Assembly: GCF_001194135.2 (NCBI RefSeq)
Contig: NC_068984.1
Location: 114,709,488 to 114,773,487, forward strand
From: Octopus bimaculoides
Taxonomy: Eukaryota
Length of the DNA stretch: 64,000 nucleotides
Direction: 5' to 3'
The notes beneath the pieces were generated by a model that saw nothing but the letters and a program-made list of their open reading frames with translations, ran no database searches and had not been told where the DNA came from. Numbering within the stretch: position 1 is the first letter of the stretch; every line of letters begins with the position of its first letter. The translations under genes and the position numbers were made by a program. Positions 24,776-37,559 of this stretch are shown here, piece after piece.

Positions 24776-25303
24776 GGTGTATTTATTTATTTATGTGTTT
24801 CAGCCAAGTGGCTGCGGTCATGCTGGTGCACCACCGTGTATGTCTATGAATTTATGCTATGTGGCCTCGGGACTGCACTGTCTCACAGTTGGCACATTCA
24901 ATGTCATCTCACAGCCTAGAAGGAAATTTGCTTGCAAGTTGGAGTCCTGTTTAGGTTATGTGACGTAGCCTAAAAGAAGTGTCTGTGTTTGTTCACATCC
25001 CCATGACTTAAAAGTTCGACAAAATGGACTGATAGAATGAGTTGTAGATTTTAAAACAAAGATAAGTACTGGGATCAATCTATTCAATTAAACCCTTCAA
25101 CGTTGTGCCCCAGTATGGTCATGGTTCAAACACTGGTACAAGTCGAGATACTCTTTGTCTAATAACTAGTTTTGGACCCCAAAGGGCAATGAAATACAAC
25201 TCCCTACTTTTTATTCTCGTACATGTTTCACCATACTTGAGTAGCTCTTTGTGTATTCATTAAGGACATTCACGAAAATATTTTTTTGTTTCCTTGTTAA
25301 TAG

Positions 25304-25538
25304 ATTGGCACATTTGGTGGAATGCTTGCGGAACAATGGTGACTGTGTCTTGCTGGATAGAGCCCCTGGAGGTCCTACTTCAATGATGCAATCAGGGATT
25401 AGTCAGGCAAGAGAATATGATGATCCCCCTTGGCTACATGAAAAAACAGAGAATTTACTGAGAGAATGGGTGAATATGTTTCATTCTGCGGCTGCAGGAA
25501 GAGACAGTACAAAAGCCTTCACTGCATTTGTTCAACAG
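25304..25538 (+). CDS. CNOT1: CNOT1 exon
   Basis: [61 protein letters not shown]. Confidence 0.97.
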
Positions 25539-25576
25539 GTAAATATATTTTTTCTTTTTTTCCTTTTTATTTGATT

Positions 25577-26230
25577 CTCAGAGTGTAAGTATCTTGAGAG
25601 AAAAGCTGAACATTAGAAGCATCAGTTGTGGTGTGCAAGAGAGACTATTGCGCTGGTATGGACATGTGGTGAGAATGGATGAGGATAGCTGTGTGAAAAA
25701 GTGCCACACCCTAACAGTTGAGGGAACCCGTGGAAGAGGTAGGCCCAGGAAGACCTGGGCTGAGGTGGTGAGGCAAGACCTTCGTACATTGGGCCTCACC
25801 GAGGCGATGACTACTGACCGAGACCTTTGGAAATGTGCTGTGCATGAGAAGNNNNNNNNNNNNNNNNNNNNNNNNNNNNNNNNNNNNNNNNNNNNNNNNN
25901 NNNNNNNNNNNNNNNNNNNNNNNNNNNNNNNNNNNNNNNNNNNNNNNNNNNNNNNNNNNNNNNNNNNNNNNNNNNNNNNNNNNNNNNNNNNNNNNNNNGG
26001 GTGGCACATAAAAGACACCATTTCGACTGTGGCCGTTTTCGTGCGGGTGACACGTAAAAGCACCCACTACACTCTCTGAGTGGTTGGCGTTAGGAAGGGC
26101 ATCCAGCTGTAGAAACTCTGCCAAATTAGATTGGAGCCTGGTGTTGCCATCCGGTTTCACCAGTCCTCAGTCAAATCGTCCAACCCATGCTAGCATGGAA
26201 AGCGGACGTTAAACGATGATGATGATTATT
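25577..26230 (+). mobile_element. 5'-truncated RTE-like LINE 3' end with (GAT)n tail
   Basis: ERLLRWYGHVVRMDEDSCVKK...GRGRPRKTW...DRDLWK, an N-gap, then the 3' UTR ending cgtccaacccatgctagcatggaaagcggacgttaaacgatgatgat. Confidence 0.92.
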
Positions 26231-26345
26231 ATTGTTGTTGTTGTTGTCGTCATTATTATTATTATTATTATCAGATATACTACTCAGCATTTGAAAATCT
26301 AATTAACCATCCTTGTGTTTCTTTCTTTTCTTTTTCTAACTTTAG

Positions 26346-26582
26346 ATGCATGTTCAAGGTATACTGAAAACTGATGATTTGATAACAAGATTCTTCCGAT
26401 TGTGTACAGAAATGTGTGTTGATTTGTGTTATCGAGCTCTTGGAGAACAACTGCTCAACCCAACATCAATTCGAACGAAATGTTTCCAAACACTAGATGC
26501 TTTTGTTCGGCTCATTGCCCTCCTTGTTAAACATTCTGGAGATGCTGCAAATACTGTGACTAAAATTAACTTACTTAATAAG
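26346..26582 (+). CDS. CNOT1: CNOT1 exon (NOT1 C-terminal domain)
   Basis: [25 protein letters not shown]...[16 protein letters not shown]...TKINLLNK. Confidence 0.98.
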
Positions 26583-27476
26583 GTCAGTTATGTTTTCATG
26601 CCTACCTTCATCTTAACAACATATTTGGTTTTTAGATTGGAAACAATAGTTTTGAGTGATAAAATTTGTTGAAGCTAAATTTTTTTGTTTTAGCCAATTT
26701 TGCTTTGGTGTGAAAAATTTTCAAAAGAGCTCTTAACTTTGATTTGTAACCTTTAGTAGATGATACCGTCTTTTAAACAATATGTTCATTTTTAAGCTTC
26801 ACTCTTAAAAAAATTTTACTTTTTCTAGTGATTAATCGAAGTTCGTATTTGAGGTTGAGCATTGAATGATTTCTGGCTCTTACGAAATTGCTTATATAAA
26901 TAATTAAAACTGTTTAATAAATTTCACGATTCAAAATTGTAAATAGAAGATTGAGTAGTACATTGGACAAAATACCTTGTGGTACTTAGTTACATTGTAA
27001 TCAACTTAGTCTGAAAATTCTGTTCTTCAATATGGCCACAGTTCTATGACTGGACCAATGACAGAATATTTTTAATTGAATTGATATATTTGAAAAAGAA
27101 GATTACTATTTAAAATAAAGGAGATTATGCCTAAATTTGATTAATTCTCAAGTTAAGTGTATTTATTAACTCTTTTAGTATATTCCTATTGAAATACACT
27201 GCTTTTGTTTTAACTAATTTTGAAAAGAGCAAAGAATTTAGAAATTCTGGAACATAAATTTACTTAGAATTTTCAAAGAAAATATTAATTTAAATCACTT
27301 TAAAACATATAGTTTGTATTCCAGGACCAGTGGTAGTCTTGGGTAAGTTGATATCAAAAGGGTTAGAGAAAATTTACTCAAGTTATTGTTCTTCAACTAA
27401 AATATCAGACATATTACATTCATAAAATTTTTAGGAAATCAAGACTAATGATTTTCTTTTGATTCTGTTTCTTTAG

Positions 27477-27640
27477 GTTCTTGGAATAGTGGCTGGAGTG
27501 TTGTTACAGGATCATGAAATTAGGCACACAGAGTTTCAGCAAATGCCGTATCATCGTATTTTCATAATGCTGTTTATAGAATTAAATGCTCCTGAACCTA
27601 TTCTTGAGGCTATCAACTTTCAGGTCCTTACAGCATTTTG
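27477..27640 (+). CDS. CNOT1: CNOT1 exon
   Basis: [40 protein letters not shown]... Confidence 0.98.
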
Positions 27641-28493
27641 GTAAGTCTTCATTTGGTTTTGTAGAACTTGAAATGAAATATTGGTCAGTATGACAATTAC
27701 AGAAATGTTTGCACTATTCTAATACAAGTTGTACAGAAAAGGTGCAGCCAGTAGTGATTCATAAATGAGTGCTACTTAATTACATTGTAGCAAGCTTTTG
27801 CTAATTGTTTTTAGGTACCAACATAGTTGTGAGCAGACAGATACTTTTATCTCCACTTTACCTTTGATCTAGTGAAAATCCAGGATGTGACATTTAGAGG
27901 GAGAGAGGTCGATACCAGCAGTCAGCTGGTGTTCATTTACAACTTAACATGTAAGGAAAATGCTGCCTGGGCCAAGAATTGAACCCATGATCTTAGCCAA
28001 ACCCCCTAATCATTCGGCTGCCCACCTTCGTATCAGTATAAGTTGTAATGTGTAGACAAAAGAGTGGACTATAGACTTATATATGCTTGCATGTATATAT
28101 TTTTATTGAAAGGGGATTTAATCAATTGTAGCAATAGACATTTTTTTCTGATTTCATTGAATGCCTTACTCAAGAATTAACACAAAACGAAACTGGAGAT
28201 AGTAAAAAGCAAGAAACTAGTCAGCTGTTCTTAATTCTCAACAGAATGCTAGCTTTAATAAACCATTTAATGCCTATTTTAGAGCTTTTTTTTTTAAAGC
28301 AAGAAAAGAATAGGTAGATTAGCAAGATTTCAACCATTTTACAGTGCTCTTTAACAAGAGCAGTTCGAGTTTCTGACCAAGCTAATTCATGTACCTGTGA
28401 AAGTTGGTCTCTGTATTTTTTGGTATGTGTATTTTTATTTCCAGATTAAAGGTATTCTAAACAGCCATTTTTTTCTTCTTTTTTTTTCTCTAG

Positions 28494-28611
28494 CAATACA
28501 TTCCACATTCTTAGACCTGCACGAGCACCTGGTTTTGCATTCGCTTGGCTGGAATTGATCTCTCATCGTGTATTCATTGGAAGAATGCTTGCCCTAACAC
28601 CACAACAGCGA
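28494..28611 (+). CDS. CNOT1: CNOT1 exon
   Basis: [39 protein letters not shown]. Confidence 0.98.
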
Positions 28612-29582
28612 GTAAGTACAATTATTTATACAGATACAAATTTTACTTGTAGTTTATGAAACATGTTCATTAATACTGATGGCACTGTCTACAAAGTACA
28701 ATAGCCTGTAGGCTTATCTTCAAAATAGTTTTTGGTTAATTATTGAACATGAAATTCAGTGTTCATTATCCTTGCTAATGACACAATTTTGAATTTGATT
28801 TATTTAATTGGGGAAAAACAATATTTTTGATAAGAAACTTGATGAGACCTCTTCATGCTAGTGTGTGTGTCTGTGTGCATACAATAATGTAAAAATGGTA
28901 AAAGTAATTTTGGATTTACTGTAAACTGAATGAAACTGGTGTTAACATTTCTGTTGTACAAGAGCTATATACTTGGGCTGTCCCTTGGGTGTTCTACAAA
29001 TTCATTCTACATCTCTTTATTCAAGATATTAATGCAGTATTAAATTCTACTACATTAAAGATTTCTTCTAGTCCTTTGGTATTGTTTGCCAAATGAATAA
29101 TTTTTTTTTTAATCACCCAAACAATATCTTTTGATTTGAGTGAAAAGTAACTGGAAGATGATAGTGTTACAAAAGTGTACAATGTTCAATATCTGGAAGG
29201 ATAAAAATATGGAAAAGCATTAATGGTTGTATTCTTAAAATTTTATCACTGTTGCTGTGTTGGCAGTCTTGTGATCAATGCATTTAGTTTGGGGATTCTT
29301 TAAAATTGCTAAATCAGCAGAAATAATCTTGAAATGTCAGCTTAAACTCAATGTTTCAGTACATGTTAGGGGAGACTGCCTACAAAAATAGGCAAAAAAT
29401 GACAGCTTGTGGTTTAGTAACATTTGGATTATATGAACTAACTTTATGGTTATATTCCTTTGCCTTTGTTTTAAAGGGTAGTGAAATATGGGCAAACAAT
29501 AAATAACCAGTCTATGTATTTAGATTGGTGTATCTTTATTTCTAAGTTCAAAACTTCACACTTTGACCGGATATGTAAAGGT

Positions 29583-30206
29583 TGATTAGCCCTTTTGAAA
29601 CTAACCCACCTGAGACCACCCCTAGTTCTATGATATTAATTTCCACTTTTAACCCTTTACCTTCTGGATTACTCTGTCAAATATAATGCTTATTTATTGA
29701 CATGCATTATTTCATAACTTCAAGATTTCAATAATGTAATTGTTTATTTTCACTATGGCATTGTAAAGTAGGTGAGAGGGGCCAGATCTGGCCAATTTGA
29801 ACATAAAACAAGAAGAATATTTGGGTCAGAGTGGCTGGTTTAACCCTTTAGCATTTAAACCAGCCATATCTGGCAAAGATATTCTACTTGTTTTACACTA
29901 AAACCAGCCAGGTCTGACCTCTCACATTTGTCCTACAATGTCATTCTAAGACTATGCAATCATCATTGAAATTTCAAAGCTATAAGATAAAGTATGATTA
30001 ATCCAAAGCAATGTGAATAAATAGCTATTACGTTTGGCAGAACTGAATGTTAAAGTAAAACCTTCCATCAAAATCTTATGTTAATTTATGTTTCCAAACT
30101 CCTGCTTAAAAACATGTTATATTCAATAAATCTTTCATTATTTTTGAACTTCATTGAAACACAGGCTGTACAATTTTGAAAGAAATATGGTAACAAAAGG
30201 ATTAAA
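29583..30206. mobile_element. Nested TTAA-type (piggyBac-like) MITEs
   Basis: One MITE family is split by two inverted copies of a second family, each starting ttaacccttta. Confidence 0.78.
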
Positions 30207-30321
30207 TCTGCTACACTTAAAAAAAAAATTTTGTAGTAAATATAAAATACATGACTTGAGTTTTTTTTAAAGAAATTTTGTTTCCTAGTTAATAACTGAA
30301 CTCTTCATTTTCTGTTTTTAG

Positions 30322-30423
30322 GGCTGGGGGATGTATGCCCAATTGTTGATTGATCTATTCCGCTATCTTGCTCCGTTCCTTCGCAATGCAGACCTAACTA
30401 AACCAACACAATTACTTTACAAG
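30322..30423 (+). CDS. CNOT1: CNOT1 exon
   Basis: [34 protein letters not shown]. Confidence 0.98.
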
Positions 30424-30834
30424 GTAAGCTGTGCATGTTTCGTTTCTCTCTGACTCTTTAGCTCCTGCTGAAGTACGAATATTTCCTCGCTTATACAGCC
30501 ACGCTCATCAAGCAATTTACTTCATTGTGTGTGTACATTGGAGATCTGTTTAGTGTATTTGCTGCAGGGGCTTCTCTTTGCTTCTCAAAAGAGACTTTTG
30601 GAATTTTTTAGTTTCAGTTTTAAAGCTGTCCAGGATTATCTCTCTTCAGTATTTCCCATTGAGGAAGACTAAAGAGCTAGAAATGTACATCTGGGAATCC
30701 ACTAGAGAGAAGCACTGGGCAGATGTGATGTTTTTACTCCTTTTACAATTAGAGAGAATTGTTTCGCCACAGTAACTGCTATCACCAACATACTTTAACT
30801 AAAAGTTTGTTTATTCCTAATCACTGCTTGGGGC

Positions 30835-30875
<41 letters not shown>

Positions 30876-31140
30876 GTTAGTGTTGCACTTGCAATCTAAA
30901 GGTTGTGATTTCAATTCCTAGACAGGGCGTTACATTGTGTTCTTGAGCAAAACACTTCATCTTATGTTGCTCTGCAATCACTTCGACACCTGACAAATGG
31001 CACACTGCATCTGTTCAGACACTGTTGATTTGATAGAGAGAGNNNNNNNNNNNNNNNNNNNNNNNNNNNNNNNNNNNNNNNNNNNNNNNNNNNNNNNNNN
31101 NNNNNNNNNNNNNNNNNNNNNNNNNNNNNNNNNNNNNNNN

Positions 31141-31181
<41 letters not shown>

Positions 31182-32767
31182 TAAATTTAATAAAAAAATT
31201 TTTTTTCACATTTACCTCCTTTTCATTTACCTGCTAAATACATGACAAATTTTAATCAATTTGGATTGTGAATCCTGTGTTTCTGTGTATTTGTTTATGT
31301 ATGTTTTGGACTTTATTTCATTTAGTTGCTGGCATCTGTTTCATTTCCTAGCTTTCTTCAGACAAATTCCAGTATTTCGTTTTGTTTTATCTTTACGGTA
31401 CAGCTGTTTCTTTCTATTTTACCTTTTTGATACACCTGTCTTATGTAAATGAAGTTCAACTAATAGATAATCCAGTAATTTGCACAATTTTGTTGTGTAC
31501 TACTTTAATATTGGCTGATAACTGATTATCTATGCTGATTTAAATTCAAATAATGTTATATTTTGTTGTTGAATTTGCCTGTAATTAGATTCACTTTGAG
31601 ACAAAAATTATGAAACAGATTTGTAAATTGTGTTGAGAAATAAACTTGGTTGTTTCATGAAACAAGTCTATATTCACAGATATTGTAGAATTTAATTGAA
31701 ACACATAAGAGGTGTATTTTGGTTAGAAATATAGTAACAAAAGTGTTAAAAAGACAAATATTTACTTGTGCATTCAATTCTGGTTTTGCTGCCAATTTTT
31801 TAAATATCTCTTTAATCTTCTTCAAGCATAACCTGATCTTTGTAACTAGATTCTATTTTCTCTTCTTTTCTGGACGATCTTCATTTTGGTAGCAGTTAGC
31901 ATTGGTGTGCTAGTGTAGCATATTCGGCCATCTAATTAGGTTAATCAACTAACTTTAATGGTTCGAGTGACTTTAAAAGCCTTCATGTGTTCAATATTCT
32001 CCAAGGTTTTATCTTGTTTTTAATTACCTTTATCACTTATCTGTTGGCTTGTATCTGTTCCACTGGTTAGTATCCTTTTTTTCTTCTTTTTCTGCTTTCA
32101 TACTTTGAGTTCACTTAGTTCTCAAGTTGTTTTTTTCCTTGTCATTTACACTGAACATTTGTCTCATTTTCAACCTGCCATTTCTCAAGTCATTTTGCTT
32201 TGTACCTAATCAGCATTTTACAAAAGGAATAGGTTATATTCTCTTCCATATAATGTAGGACATTGACCAACTGTCTTTTTCTAAGAATTCTGACCTTGTA
32301 GGTACTGTTCAGTTCATTCATTGTATTGACTCATTCAAAACTTCTTTTGCACTGATGGAATTATCATCACTATTTTAATGTCTACTTTTCCATTCTTGCA
32401 TTATTTGCATGGATTCATCATAGTGGATTTTGTATAGCTGGATGCCATCCTATTGCCAACCTTTATCTGCTTCCAAGTATAGTAATCTTTCTCCTTGGCT
32501 GGATAGGTTTTTACGACAGATTGAAAACAATGGACACCGCTTGTATGGCAGTGATGTTTATGTACGACTTTTCACGCAATGTCAAGACGAGGAATAACAT
32601 AGCATATACATAAAACCTAGTATTTTTTTTTTTATGTCATGTGATTGGTTTTATAAGAATTGTGTGTGTGAGGTGTGGGGCGGGGAGCAGATTGCATAAT
32701 TCCAGTATTGCTTAAATGTGGATATTATTTTAGCTTTCATTATTAATCGTTAATATCTAGAACAGAA

Positions 32768-32985
32768 TTAAGGCAGTGAGCTGGCAGAATCATTAGCAAG
32801 CTGGGCAGAATGCTTAGCAGTATTTCGTCCTTCTTTACGTTCTGAGTTCAAATTCTGCTGAGGTTGATATTTTTTTTCCTTTCATCCCTCCTGAGTTGAG
32901 TAAGTACCAGTTTAACACTGGGGTCGATGCTATCAACTTACTCCCTCCCACAAAATGACTGGCTTTGTCAGAATTTGAAACCTAA
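32768..32985 (+). mobile_element. Short abundant SINE-like family (aaggcagtgagctggcagaatc...)
   Basis: Further minus-strand copies at about 43715-43915, 53545-53760, 54770-54980 and 55070-55220. Confidence 0.8.
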
Positions 32986-33202
32986 ATCTAGAACAAAACT
33001 AGAATTTTACTTTTTTTTTTTTAATGCAAAATATATTCAATTTGTTTCAGTCTTCTCAATATGAAACTTACTATTTTCTAATAGTAGGTTACCTGAATCT
33101 TTCAAATCAAACTATTTACATTTTCTTTGGTAAATTTTATTCAGTAAATTTTTAATATTGTCAATTTTAACCTCATAGATATGGTTCGGTCGTTGCTTTC
33201 AG

Positions 33203-33460
33203 GGAATGTTGAGGGCTTTGCTGGTGCTCTTACATGACTTCCCAGAGTTCCTCTGTGATTACCATTATGCATTCTGTGATGCTATTCCACCCAACTGCAT
33301 ACAGATGAGAAATCTCATTCTGAGTGCCTTCCCTCGTAATATGCGAATGCCGGATCCTTTCACACCAAATTTAAAGGTTGATGTACTCCCAGATATTGGC
33401 AGACCACCAAGAATCCTCACCAACTTCGCTAATATGATCCAACCAGAGACATTTAAAAAG
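33203..33460 (+). CDS. CNOT1: CNOT1 exon
   Basis: [60 protein letters not shown]...FKK. Confidence 0.98.
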
Positions 33461-33632
33461 GTACTTTCAATCACATTTTTTTTCTTTATCATTGTGAAAA
33501 TTTTGTAATGTCCACTTTTCAGTGCTTGTTGCCAAACCTAATCTGTTCCCAGGCAAGCTAATGTTTCCCCATGGCCTGGCATGTTTTCATGGAAGATTGG
33601 GAATAGGGGACACTGTATGACAGAGAGAGAGA

Positions 33633-33666
<34 letters not shown>

Positions 33667-33999
33667 GTCTTTATATTAAATGATAGCCATTATGTAATAT
33701 CAAGGCAGATATACACAACAGGTATGATAGGCTACTTTTATTCCTCATCTGTCAAATCCATTAACAAGACTTTGATTGGTCTGCGATTGTTGTTGAAGAC
33801 ACTTTCCCAGGGACCATGCAATGGGACTGAATCCAAGACCATGTGTTTGGGAAGTGAATGTCTTAATCGCACAGCCATACCTACACCTGCTACAGCTATG
33901 CATGTATGTATAGCTATTTGGAATTTTGCTAATTTCAATTGCTTCAGACAATTTCAGGATAGTGTCATACTATTTCAATCAAATTGTTTTTTCATCATC

Positions 34000-34385
34000 A
34001 TTTAATACTTATGTTTCCATGCTTGGATGGATCAAATGGAATTTGTCGAGGCAGATTTCCTGTGGCTGGATGTCTTTCCTATTGCCAACTCTCACTTCTT
34101 TCCAAGCAAGGCAATATTTCCCATGGTCAGAATACCAGAAACAAAACATCAGTTCTATGACTGTTCAGGTCAAGACACCTAAACACATGCATGTGTGCAC
34201 ATGTATTTGTGTGTGTATGTATGTGTACACACACTATGATAGGCTTTATTCAGTTGTTATCTACCAAATCCACTTGTAAGGTTTTGGTTAGACTTGAGCT
34301 ATAGTAGACACTTGTCCACAGGGCTGCACAATGGAACTGACCCTGAGACTACATGTTTGGGAAGCAAACTTAAGCACACAGCCAC
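34000..34385 (-). mobile_element. SINE with LINE-derived tail
   Basis: Reverse complement of the 10165-type structure. Confidence 0.78.
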
Positions 34386-34451
34386 AAATAGTAAATTCAT
34401 GTCAGTAAAATACATTCATTGGAATTTAATTTTATTTATTTTCTCTTACAG

Positions 34452-34520
34452 GATCTTGATTCTTACTTAAAATCAAGATCTCCTGTTACCTTTTTGTCAG
34501 ACCTTCGGAGCAACTTACAA
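34452..34520 (+). CDS. CNOT1: CNOT1 exon
   Basis: [23 protein letters not shown]. Confidence 0.97.
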
Positions 34521-34810
34521 GTGAGTCTTTTGTTTTTATATTTATAATATTATTTGTAAACATCCAAAAGAATGACAAAAAAAAAAAAAAAGAATAAGTT
34601 TCATTTGTATCAATTTAGCTAAGAGGAGTTTAGTTTCATTACAGTAACAACAGAGTACCTGTTTGTAATGCCTGCTCTACAAATATCTTAGTGTTATCTT
34701 TACCATGTCATAGAGGAGTTGCTCATGGAATTCACAGGTGTAAATTGTTTTGTTGTCTGTAGCATAATTCTGATGACGTACTTTTCATTGCAGTACTATA
34801 TGCTATAATA

Positions 34811-35120
34811 TGTGGAGGCGCAATGGCCCAGTGGTTAGGACAGCGAACTCGCTGTCTGAGGGTCACGGTTTTGATTCCCAGACCGGGCGTTGTGTGTGTT
34901 TATTGAGCGAAACACCTAAGCTCCACGAGGCTCTGGCAGGGGGTGGTGGCGACCCCTGTTGTACTCTTTCGCCCTAACTTTCTCTCACTCTTTCTTCCTG
35001 TTTCTTGAGTAACGCTGCGATGGACTGGCGTCCCGTCCAGCTGGGGGGAACACATACGCAATAGAAACCGGGCCCATGAGCCTGGCTAGGCTTTGAAAGG
35101 GCGGCGTTTATCGTTTTTTT
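34811..35120 (+). mobile_element. tRNA-derived SINE with the same head and a different 3' half
   Basis: About 190 nt shared with the 38820 copy, then gagtaacgctgcgatggactggcgtcccgtccagc. Confidence 0.85.
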
Positions 35121-36756
35121 ACTATATACTATAATAGCAGAATAAGCTGCTGTTAAATAGCTGCTTCAGGTACAAATAGATGTATTTGTATCCATTTAAC
35201 ACATTTGAAAATATACAACCTAATATTTCAGTGTTACTATTTTCTGTAAAAATCTCAGATTTATGTATAATATAAAAACAAAAGATTTAAAAAAAAAATT
35301 GAGTATAGTTTTTCAAGATTGATAATAGAAAAATATGAAAACAGTGAAATAAAGGACGAAGACCTCCATAAAATTTGAATAAATAAAATGAACGATCAAA
35401 AATTTACTTCCTCTATGCATATATGCAAATAAACAAAAACAAACATGGTATTGATTCATTCCTGTCACTTATACACTTTGCGTAATTTTTGTGTGTTCTT
35501 TGACTTTCTGTATGACCTTACCTGGTATCTGTTATGAGCACTGGAAACACTATTTCTATTTTTCAGTTTTTTTTTTTTCCCCTGTGACTTCATGTCTAAA
35601 TGTGAAACTTCCAAGTTGATGGACTTCATATTTTGCTAATTAATGCTCTTTATTGATAACTGATCTTACTACTTATACACATCAGTATAATTTTCATTTA
35701 CAATACATGCATTAAAACCCAGACTATATTGTATCTTATCTCTATCATTATATATATATATAATGACAGAGAGAGGGGTAAGCAATTAACCTGCAGAGAA
35801 AATATATAGTTATAAAAAAACTTTGGCAGATGTTTTCAAATTTCAGTCCTTGATTGATTATATGCTATTCCAGATTAATATCAGTAGATACCTCTAGTGA
35901 TTATCTTTCAGATTTCAACTTGTCCCTTTTATTTAAAAAAAAAAAAAAAAAAAAAACCTTTATCAATACTATTCAGGATTCCTTTTCTGTTTTCACAGTG
36001 ACACAAACTACTTTAGCATTTCCCTAAGGTTTTAGAAATAAATTCAGAGAAGAGAAACTGTTGCAATAAATATGATGGCCTGAGTAAAACAGAAGTTGCA
36101 AGTCTGCTGCCAAAATAGTTATTCAGAAGTGGTCATTTTACTTTCCCATATAGACTAGTCATTGAGTAGATTTGCATTACTGTAGACTTTGATACTTGTA
36201 TAAATTGTAAAGGCTTTTGTAGCCAGTTGTAGCTTAGCGTGTGAATTATAAGCATTGTAAAAATTATTTCATACTGTTTTTATGAAAGCATGTGAGTTTA
36301 TCATGTCCAAGATTAATTTTTCAGATGATTTACTGAGTTATTAGTCATCTGGTTTTTCAATTTTCTTGTAAGAAATCAGTGTTTCAATTTCTTTTTTCCC
36401 TGTTAAGGTAGGAAACTTACGTGATTTTATTTTTTCATTGTTGTTTCTAGTGTGCCAATTAAATATACTGGTGTTTAGTTTCATTTTACAATTTTATAGA
36501 ATGAGCTGATATTTAGCCATTTTTGAAAAATTAGTATCCTTTAAATAATATAAACAATAACATTTTTTCTACACATAACTGGTAATTTATAAGAAATAAT
36601 TTTTTCCTAATTGTCATCCAGTTTTCTATCTAAATCTATTTTGCTATTGAGTAACAAACTAGATATTACTTTCTTGAATTTACTTTCTTATTGCAGTTTT
36701 ATTTTGAATTTCTTGAATTTTCTAATTAATTTCTTTTTTCTTTTTTTTTTTTCCAG

Positions 36757-37067
36757 TCAACTGACCCTGGTTCCAAGTACAACATATCTCTAATTAACGC
36801 TCTAGTGCTTTATGTTGGCACACAAGCTATAGATTACATCCATAACACTGGTTACAAACCAAGCATGCGAACAATTGCTCATTCCTCACACATGGACATC
36901 TTTCAGAACTTGGCTGTTGATCTCGATACCGAAGGCCGGTACTTGTTCCTCACTGCCATAACTAATCAACTGCGCTATCCAAACAGTCATACACACTATT
37001 TCAGTTGTACTTTATTGTATCTATTTGTTGAAGCCAATGCAGAAGCTATTCAAGAACAAATAACTAG
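36757..37067 (+). CDS. CNOT1: CNOT1 exon
   Basis: [14 protein letters not shown]...[21 protein letters not shown]...[15 protein letters not shown]...AIQEQITR. Confidence 0.98.
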
Positions 37068-37559
37068 GTATGCTTTCTCTCTTTAAACATTTCTTTAGTT
37101 TTTATTTATATCATCGGCATTTAACATCCATTTCCCATGCTGGCATGGATTGGACAGTTTGAAAGGATCTGGCTAACTGCAGGGCTGCAATAAGGTCTAA
37201 TGTCAGCTTTGGCATACTTTTTGTGGCCAGATTCCCTTCCTGATACACAACTAACATGTATCACTGTCTTAATTGAATCTAAATGATGTGAATGAAGACT
37301 TGAAAATATACCTTTAAATATGAGACTTTATCCCTGTATTTTTTGTTTTTAACTCTTTTTAAATAGTAATCGGAGATAATCTAACCTCTTGGAGTTTCCA
37401 TTTTTTTTTTTTAAGTCGTAGGCGGCATTTGTACAAAATATATTCTAAATTAAAGTGTTTTAAATTGGTATTGAGCTGCATTAGTAGAATGAAACTGGAT
37501 TAAAAGTCTTTGATGGTTTCATGTTCTCCATTGATTCACCACTTGAGCACGATCGTTTC

